Origin: a bacterium
Lineage (GTDB): Bacteria; UBP7; UBA6624; JBBIMK01
Length of the DNA: 32,000 bases
Assembly: GCA_037444445.1 (NCBI GenBank)
Contig: JBBIMK010000005.1
Span: 1-32,000, forward strand
Reading direction: 5' to 3'
Shown: piece after piece, positions 26,368 through 32,000 of the stretch
Numbering within the stretch: the stretch's first letter is position 1
Layout: the number at the start of each line of letters is the position of its first letter
Program-made: the position numbers and the translations under genes
The notes under the pieces: generated by a model
The model's input: only the letters and a program-made list of their open reading frames with translations
Told to the model about the DNA's origin: nothing
The model's database searches: none

Positions 26368-27639
26368 GTGCTGACTTACTTACGGATTAAGGACTATAAA
26401 AGTTTTCGGGATGTAGAGGTTCATCTCAAACCGCTGACTATTCTCATTGGAGCCAATGCGTCTGGAAAAAGTAATTTTTTAGATGCACTTCACTTCCTTC
26501 AGCTGGCAGCGACACACAAAAGCCTGGGGGCTACTTTTAAGGAGCATAGAGGCTTGCCATTTGAATCTGTTTTCTGGAGTAACACCGGACCAAAGGGAGA
26601 GGGAAGGTTTCATATAGAGGCTTGGGTAGAACTTTCGCCTCAGGTCATAGAAGATGTGAATAAAGAAATCCGACAATACCGAAGTAATGACAGTAAAAAA
26701 TCGCAATTTATTTATCATACCCACCTCTGTTATCGGCTCACTGTGGAAGTGGATGAGATAGGCGCAGCACGAGTGATGGAAGAAGAACTATATCCCATCC
26801 GCAAGGACGGTCAACGTAAAAAACGCAATGCCTTCCTGGAAACGAAAGGAGGCAAGATTCATTTGCGGATTGAAGGGCAGGCGCATCCCCGGTATATTGA
26901 TGCAGGTAGGGACCGAACCGTGCTGGGTTATGAAGACCTGTATCGCCCCCATTACCCTCATATCACGGCTTTTAAGGAAGAGCTTTCCCGATGGGCTTTC
27001 TTTTATCTGGAACCCAGAGTATTGATGAGGAAAGAAGAACCCAAAAAGGAAACTTACCTCATCGGTCCCCAGGGGCAGGACATCGCCTCCTTCCTGAACA
27101 CTTTAAAACATAAAGAAGAAAAGCGTTTTCATGCTCTGGAGAAAAACTTGCAGATTTTGCTTCCGTCAGTGTCTGGTGTGGAAGTGAGTCCCGATGAGGA
27201 AGGATTTTTACACTGGTACTTCGTGGAAAATGGAAAACGAGCCTCTTCGCGAATTTTGTCTGAGGGGGCGCTGAGGGTGCTGGGTATTCTTTCCATTGTC
27301 TCGGCTATTAAATCTAATACCTTAATAGGGTATGAGGAACCTGAAAATGGAGTTCATCCTCACCGCCTCAAGGACATTGCAGATATTTTTGAAAAGTCCG
27401 TGTTAGATAAAAACGGAAAGCCTTATCGGCAGGTCATTCTCACCACCCACTCCCCGAAGTTTCCTCTCCATTTTGATTACAGACCCAATCACCCTGTGTG
27501 TGATATTCTCGTGGTTTCCAAGAAAGAGGGAGTGTCTAAAATCACTCCTCTTGAAAAATTCGGAGATTCTTTTCCTATGTATAAGGAAACTACTTTAGAG
27601 AAGGCATTGGAAGAAATGGAGCAGGTAGGCATCGAGTGA
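26368..27639 (+). CDS. ABC-type / AAA_21-AAA_15-like ATPase (OLD/AriA/AbiLi-like ATPase component)
   Basis: 423 aa with a GTG start. The N-terminus MLTYLRIKDYKSFRDVEVHLKPLTILIGANASGKSNFLDAL contains Walker A GxxxSGKS (K34). Other motifs present:
- the signature-like LSEGALRVL
- Walker B LIGYEEPENGVHP
- the H-loop ILTTHSP
G+C is modestly lower than in the flanking genes (about 40-47% in the two 60-nt lines I counted). Confidence 0.85.
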   Translation: MLTYLRIKDYKSFRDVEVHLKPLTILIGANASGKSNFLDALHFLQLAATHKSLGATFKEHRGLPFESVFWSNTGPKGEGRFHIEAWVELSPQVIEDVNKEIRQYRSNDSKKSQFIYHTHLCYRLTVEVDEIGAARVMEEELYPIRKDGQRKKRNAFLETKGGKIHLRIEGQAHPRYIDAGRDRTVLGYEDLYRPHYPHITAFKEELSRWAFFYLEPRVLMRKEEPKKETYLIGPQGQDIASFLNTLKHKEEKRFHALEKNLQILLPSVSGVEVSPDEEGFLHWYFVENGKRASSRILSEGALRVLGILSIVSAIKSNTLIGYEEPENGVHPHRLKDIADIFEKSVLDKNGKPYRQVILTTHSPKFPLHFDYRPNHPVCDILVVSKKEGVSKITPLEKFGDSFPMYKETTLEKALEEMEQVGIE

Positions 27640-28250
27640 ACCTGCAGGGCGGAATTCTCGTATTCTGTGAAGATTCTGCTCAACAGGAACTTATGAAAGG
27701 AATTTTGGACAGAATGTTTGAAGATTATTCCTACCCTGTAGAAAAGTGGTTTCATCAACTCACGAAGAGGGTAAGATATAAGCGCTTTATCACAGAGACG
27801 CTCAAAGATTACTTGAAAAGAAATCTGGTAAGCCTTGTCATTATCGTAAGAGATACCAATTGTAGGAAAACGGCTGAAATAAAGAAAGAAACAGATGGAT
27901 GGTTCAAAACACTCCGAAAAAAATATGAGGAAGAATTTCCAGAACTTGTTTACGCTTTTCCCTCTCCCCATATAGAGAAATGGTATTTGCTGGATATGTC
28001 ATTCTGGCGGGACAAGGTAGCGGAGAGCCCTCAGCCTCCACCTCGTAAAGTGTGCAAAAAGGACTTTTACAAACAGAAATTACACGCACTCTGCTACAGT
28101 CCTCCTCGCAGAGGTGTAGAATATGGCTCTGATATAGGCCGTAACTTGTTTTCAGGTGCAACCTCCGCTGTCGCCGAGGATTTCCGACAGTTTTTAAAAG
28201 ACATCAGGGCTAAGAAGCCCTTCTTCAAGGCTCCTATTAGGGATAAATAG
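27636..28250 (+). CDS. small Toprim-like protein (DUF4276-type; compare DUF4435/AriB and RloB/AbiLii), predicted nuclease partner of the ATPase
   Basis: 204 aa. Its GTG start overlaps the ATPase TGA stop (GTGA at 27636-27639). An N-terminal beta-strand is followed by an acidic residue, ILVFCEDSAQQEL (E12). A central hydrophobic strand is followed by Asp, LVIIVRDTN (D73). Then comes SPHIEKWYLLD (E114, D120). The size and motif order fit my memory of DUF4276 (EGxxE ... D ... hEaWhL), a Toprim-related family. Confidence 0.6.
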   Translation: MNLQGGILVFCEDSAQQELMKGILDRMFEDYSYPVEKWFHQLTKRVRYKRFITETLKDYLKRNLVSLVIIVRDTNCRKTAEIKKETDGWFKTLRKKYEEEFPELVYAFPSPHIEKWYLLDMSFWRDKVAESPQPPPRKVCKKDFYKQKLHALCYSPPRRGVEYGSDIGRNLFSGATSAVAEDFRQFLKDIRAKKPFFKAPIRDK

Positions 28251-28268
28251 AATGGCATCGGAAAGGTG

Positions 28269-28427
28269 ATGGGGTGGGTGGGTAAGAAGAAGAAAAAGGA
28301 CCTGCGGGGACGCTTGCTGTTGAAAAAAACGGTGGTTATGAAAGACCGCCGTATGAAACGACTGAAAGCGAAAGAAAAAAAGAGGCTGGAGGAGGAAATC
28401 GCCCGGGCCACTGATAAAGGAGCCTGA
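28269..28427 (+). CDS. hypothetical 52-aa highly basic coiled-coil-like peptide (doubtful)
   Basis: It is below the track cutoff. My translation is MGWVGKKKKKDLRGRLLLKKTVVMKDRRMKRLKAKEKKRLEEEIARATDKGA*. It begins 18 nt after the Toprim-like gene. The SD spacing is poor, and A/G-rich DNA can yield such ORFs by chance. Confidence 0.2.
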   Translation: MGWVGKKKKKDLRGRLLLKKTVVMKDRRMKRLKAKEKKRLEEEIARATDKGA

Positions 28428-28543
28428 ACTTATTACTATTTCAAAATTCAAAACTGAAATTTATATCAGGGATAGAATGGAAAAGCAGGACTTAAAGAGG
28501 GTATGCTATTATTTTTGTAGTAGTTCAAGGAGGTGAATAAAAG

Positions 28544-28969
28544 ATGTTTAGATTTCTGGACGCATATAGGGATATAGGCTTGTTGCTTCTGCGTATCGGC
28601 ATCGGGCTGATGTTTCTGGTTGTCCATGGTGGTCCGAAACTGCTCGGTGGAGTTCCCCAGTGGGCAAAGTTAGGTAGCGTCATGGGATACCTGGGAATCC
28701 ACTTTGCACCCGCCTTCTGGGGTTTTATGGGTATGTTTGCCGAATTCTTTGGGGCCCTTTTGTTGCTTCTGGGGTTATTCTTCCGCCCTGCCTGCTTTCT
28801 TCTGCTAATCAACATGTTCGTTGCCGCTTATCAGCATCTTGCGAAAGGTGATGGCCTGGTCGTGGCATCGCACGCTATAGAAGATGGAATTCTTTTCCTC
28901 GCATTCATTCTCATCGGACCTGGCAGGTTGAGCCTGGATGAACTTCTGTTCCGCCAGCGAGCCAGATGA
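28544..28969 (+). CDS. DoxX-family membrane protein
   Basis: 141 aa with four TM helices and a typical DoxX pattern (LLLRIGIGLMFLVVHGGPKL...FAEFFGALLLLLGLFFRPA...INMFVA). A strong SD (caAGGAGGtga) lies 9 nt upstream. Confidence 0.85.
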   Translation: MFRFLDAYRDIGLLLLRIGIGLMFLVVHGGPKLLGGVPQWAKLGSVMGYLGIHFAPAFWGFMGMFAEFFGALLLLLGLFFRPACFLLLINMFVAAYQHLAKGDGLVVASHAIEDGILFLAFILIGPGRLSLDELLFRQRAR

Positions 28970-30417
28970 AGGCCTCCATTTTTATCTATGGCTTACTATC
29001 CACGGTCCATAGCCTGCTTTCCCCGGTTTATGGCTTAAAGTCTGAAGTTCTGACCCGGGGAGGGCTGGAGCGAACTTATCACATCTATCTACCGGCGTCG
29101 TATGGGAAGAGTAGACCCGTGCCATTATTGATTGTTCTTCACGGGGGAGGTGGAACGGGGCAGGGAATGGAAAGGCTTACCCGAGGAGGTTTCAACATCC
29201 TTGCCGACAGGGAAGGCTTCATCATCGTTTATCCCGATGGTGTGGAAAAGCACTGGAACGACGGGCGGGACATCCGAACCTGGCGAGCCCATCGGGAAAG
29301 GATTGACGATGTGGGTTTCCTCTCTGCCCTCATTGACCGGGTCGCGAAGGACTGGAATATAGACCCACAGCGCGTTTTTGCCACCGGGATTTCCAACGGT
29401 GGGCTGATGTCCTACCGCCTCGCCTGTGAACTCTCGCATAAAATTTCAGCCATTGCCGTCGTCACCGCATCCCTTTCTGAGGAACTGTTCGCTCAATGCT
29501 CGCCCGCGAAGCCCATATCCGTGCTGATAATGAATGGAACAAAGGACCCGCTGGTTCCCTATGGTGGCGGGGAAATTACAGGACCCTTTGGAGTCAGAAA
29601 GTTCGGAAAAGTGGTTTCTACTGCCGAGACAGTGCAATTCTGGGTGAAGCATAACGCCTGCCCTGATGAACTCGTGATAAAGCAGGAGCCGGATGAAGAC
29701 CCGAAAGACGGCACCCGAGTTCGGCGGGAAGTGTACTCTCCCTGCAAAAACAACACGCAGGTGGTTCTTTACACCATTGAAGGCGGGGGGCACACCTGGC
29801 CGTCCGGCTGGCAATACCTGCCCGAGCGGGTCATCGGCAAAACAAGCCAGGACATTACCGCCACGGATGTCATCTGGGAGTTTTTCAGCCACCTTCCCCC
29901 GGCCTCCCCTGTTTCCCTCTCCCCAACCTCTTCCACATTCACCTCCATAGAAGGTTTTCCCTATGCACAGCAATCTCATCCCAATACCTGTGGCGTTGCT
30001 GCCCTCGTCATGCTCCTTCAATATTACGGTGTTCCCATCTCCGAGCAAGACCTTATCAAAGAATATCCGGATGTTTATGAAAAAGGCTGGTATCTTCCCT
30101 GGCTCTGGGAGTATGCCGGGAAGAAGGGGCTAAAAGTGGAATATGGCACTGGAGACATAGGAAAGGTCAAAGATTTCGTCTTGCGAGGGATTCCAGTCCT
30201 CGTTTATCAGTATTCCCACAAAACAGGAAAACCCCATTTTAGAATTGTGACAGGCTACGATGAAGAAAAGAGAGTTTTCATCCTTCAGGACCCCGCAAAG
30301 CAGATGGGCAAAGACTCTCACCTTTCCTTCTCCGAATTTGAGGAGTTGTGGAACCTTCCCTGGTTCACCGGTTCTGAAGGAAAGAAGTCCCACTTCTACT
30401 TTGTGGTGAGGAAGTAA
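28966..30417 (+). CDS. secreted fusion protein: LpqC/PHB-depolymerase-type alpha/beta esterase plus a C-terminal peptidase C39-like (papain-fold) domain
   Basis: 483 aa, ATGA-coupled to doxX, with a signal-like N-terminus. The esterase part shows LLIVLHGGGGTG, the nucleophile elbow GISNGGLMSY and GGGHTWP. After a Pro/Ser linker (LPPASPVSLSPTSS), the second domain shows QQSHPNTCGVAALVMLLQYYG (catalytic Cys), KPHFRIVTGYD (His) and FILQDP (Asp). Confidence 0.8.
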   Translation: MKASIFIYGLLSTVHSLLSPVYGLKSEVLTRGGLERTYHIYLPASYGKSRPVPLLIVLHGGGGTGQGMERLTRGGFNILADREGFIIVYPDGVEKHWNDGRDIRTWRAHRERIDDVGFLSALIDRVAKDWNIDPQRVFATGISNGGLMSYRLACELSHKISAIAVVTASLSEELFAQCSPAKPISVLIMNGTKDPLVPYGGGEITGPFGVRKFGKVVSTAETVQFWVKHNACPDELVIKQEPDEDPKDGTRVRREVYSPCKNNTQVVLYTIEGGGHTWPSGWQYLPERVIGKTSQDITATDVIWEFFSHLPPASPVSLSPTSSTFTSIEGFPYAQQSHPNTCGVAALVMLLQYYGVPISEQDLIKEYPDVYEKGWYLPWLWEYAGKKGLKVEYGTGDIGKVKDFVLRGIPVLVYQYSHKTGKPHFRIVTGYDEEKRVFILQDPAKQMGKDSHLSFSEFEELWNLPWFTGSEGKKSHFYFVVRK

Positions 30418-30539
30418 CTAACCCCCTGGGGGTAGTGGCGAAGAAGAGATGGAATGCGTTCTTCTGGCTCACCCGTATAAGCCCGGATATTCGCGAAGAT
30501 ACTTCTGTAATGGATACAACGGTATACTTACGAACTGCC

Positions 30540-32000
30540 TCAGGGGTGGGGGTGAATCATCGGCGGCATAGGCAGGTGGAGAAGGTCCACCACCCACCCT
30601 TTCTCGCTGACCCTGGATAAAGTGGCTCCCACGAGGTCTGGCTTCTCATCCCCGAACAGGTCTGTTAGGGTCACAGGAATGGAAGACCCACTGACAGACT
30701 TAACCTGGTAAAGCCCCACCCCATAGCCTCCTTTCTCCACGATAAGGACCAGATTTTGAGCAGGGGTGGGGACCTTGTCTGCCTCTATGAGACGGGTTGA
30801 GCAGGACCAGACCACCGCCCGAGCATTCCACGGGTCGGGAATGACGCTGGAAGTGCAGTCATCCGCTACTACATCAGGAATTTTCAAAGAAACCTTTCCA
30901 AAAGAATCAAACAGCCAGGTGCTCTGGAGGGTTCCTATTAGGGCACCGAGAGGTTGACCACTCAGATTATAGGAGTAGGAAAACGGCTTCCATCGTTCGC
31001 CGGAAGAAGAAGCGACAAAGCCCTCTGCGTCCATCAGGAGGGGTCTTACATCCAGTCCATCCAGAACCACTACATTCCGAGAACCTGCTCGGACTCCCTT
31101 CGGAACCTTTTCTTCTGAAATGGGTAAATTCATCAGGGCATTGACGGGGTCGTGAAGAAAATAAAGAGTGCGCCTTTCAAGATTAGAAGACCTGGGATAT
31201 AGTTTGAGACGGAACCACCACTTACCTGCCAGCGGAAGAAAATCTCCTGTTTCTAATCGGGAAGGGTTGTAAAGCAAGGTATCAAAGGTGGCTTTCCATT
31301 GCCTCCAGGGTTTCCCGGTGGGGCTTTTGGCTTCTATTCCCGCGCCGAAATCGGTCTTTTCCAGGGAAAGGATGTCTCGTATTCCATCACCGTTCAAATC
31401 GGGTCCCAAGAATCCCCAAGAACCTTTCAGTGGAAGATAAGTAGTTTTTAAGGGTTGCTGGTTCTTCTGAACGAAATTGCATTCACTTCGGTCAATGTCA
31501 TCGGAATAGACATCGAGACCGAGTCCTCGTTGAAACCCCGCACAGAGAAAAACGGAATCCTTACCCGCGGGCAAAAGCGACAAAGATGATAAAGAAAGGC
31601 CGTTGGCTTCAAAAGGAATTGAAATATGGCCGATGGGCTGGGACACGGAGAATCCACCTTCTGGATTCCACCGGGTAGGTGGGGGAATGTTAGGCTGTGG
31701 CGCCTGAAGCGAGAAGTAAAGAATACTACGGAATCCGCCACGGGTCAGGTAAAACTCCTTCAAGCCGTCAAAGTTCAGGTCAAGAGAGACAAGAGATGAA
31801 TAACTTGAAAAATACTGCATGGTCCCCCATAGCCTGCGGGATGAAACCCTCCTGCCATTCAGGTCAAAGAAGTCAATTGTGTTCTCTCTGCCTGTTTCAT
31901 AAGCACCGATGAGACTCAATCCTGGTCGCACTTCTGCAACGGTTAGATTCTGCGCGGTAATAAGGAAGGAACGAAGCAACCTTCCGCCCGTATCCCAGAT
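30540..32000 (-). CDS. FG-GAP/VCBS-repeat (beta-propeller) protein, 5' end runs off the right window edge
   Basis: The track ORF is 479 aa from a TTG at 31979, but the frame stays open to nt 32000 (IWDTGGR-LLRSFL...). It has repeated Ca-binding-type loops DLNFDGLKEF, DLNGDGIRDIL and DLFGDEKPDLV, separated by beta-rich segments. Confidence 0.6.
   Translation of the reverse strand: MWDTGGRLLRSFLITAQNLTVAEVRPGLSLIGAYETGRENTIDFFDLNGRRVSSRRLWGTMQYFSSYSSLVSLDLNFDGLKEFYLTRGGFRSILYFSLQAPQPNIPPPTRWNPEGGFSVSQPIGHISIPFEANGLSLSSLSLLPAGKDSVFLCAGFQRGLGLDVYSDDIDRSECNFVQKNQQPLKTTYLPLKGSWGFLGPDLNGDGIRDILSLEKTDFGAGIEAKSPTGKPWRQWKATFDTLLYNPSRLETGDFLPLAGKWWFRLKLYPRSSNLERRTLYFLHDPVNALMNLPISEEKVPKGVRAGSRNVVVLDGLDVRPLLMDAEGFVASSSGERWKPFSYSYNLSGQPLGALIGTLQSTWLFDSFGKVSLKIPDVVADDCTSSVIPDPWNARAVVWSCSTRLIEADKVPTPAQNLVLIVEKGGYGVGLYQVKSVSGSSIPVTLTDLFGDEKPDLVGATLSRVSEKGWVVDLLHLPMPPMIHPHP

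Noticed and set aside
1-32000. I scanned for CRISPR arrays, tRNA/rRNA/tmRNA/RNase P-like genes, transposase or integrase genes, and long direct or inverted repeats flanking the accessory patches.
   Set aside because: I saw no regularly spaced repeats, no T-loop/acceptor-like tRNA signatures, no recombinase motifs and no att-like flanking repeats by eye. Absence is not proven without tRNAscan-SE, Infernal and repeat-finder runs.

Overview
This is a bacterial chromosomal window. I recognised no rRNA, tRNA, CRISPR array or IS element, and the taxon cannot be identified from the sequence alone. All family calls come from motif recognition by eye and from memory of family consensus patterns, not from database searches.

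Most of the window is ordinary housekeeping:
- a minus-strand envelope-glycan cluster of a GT9 heptosyltransferase-like gene, a GT-B glycosyltransferase and a UDP-N-acetylhexosamine dehydrogenase (1.3-5.2 kb)
- an AsmA-like / tsaD / HIT operon (7.7-10.8 kb)
- a TusA-like gene
- a large Cache-HAMP-PAS-PAS-GAF-HD-GYP sensor whose reading frame is broken exactly at a G9 homopolymer (11.4-14.4 kb)
- dnaE (14.75-18.28 kb)
- a long plus-strand operon of MBL hydrolase, ROK kinase, membrane protein, TlpA-like redoxin, CCA-adding enzyme and a DUF429-like gene (20.4-25.6 kb)
- DoxX plus an esterase/C39-like fusion (28.5-30.4 kb)
- an FG-GAP repeat protein running off the right edge

Four accessory patches interrupt this backbone:
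1. An AT-rich left edge carries a DUF4338/DruA-like ORF that runs out of the window.
2. A Cys-rich acidic protein is paired with a degenerate CPBP-like membrane protein (5.7-7.4 kb).
3. A compact three-ORF nucleotidyltransferase-fold cassette sits directly after dnaE (18.3-19.2 kb).
4. The best candidate for an undescribed system is a lower-GC, translationally coupled (GTGA overlap) gene pair at 26.37-28.25 kb whose first gene has a strong Shine-Dalgarno (SD) site. It encodes an ABC/AAA_21-type ATPase and a small Toprim-like (DUF4276-type) protein, a split OLD/PARIS/AbiL-like architecture. A 0.74 kb stretch with no convincing ORF precedes it, and a tiny very basic ORF follows it.
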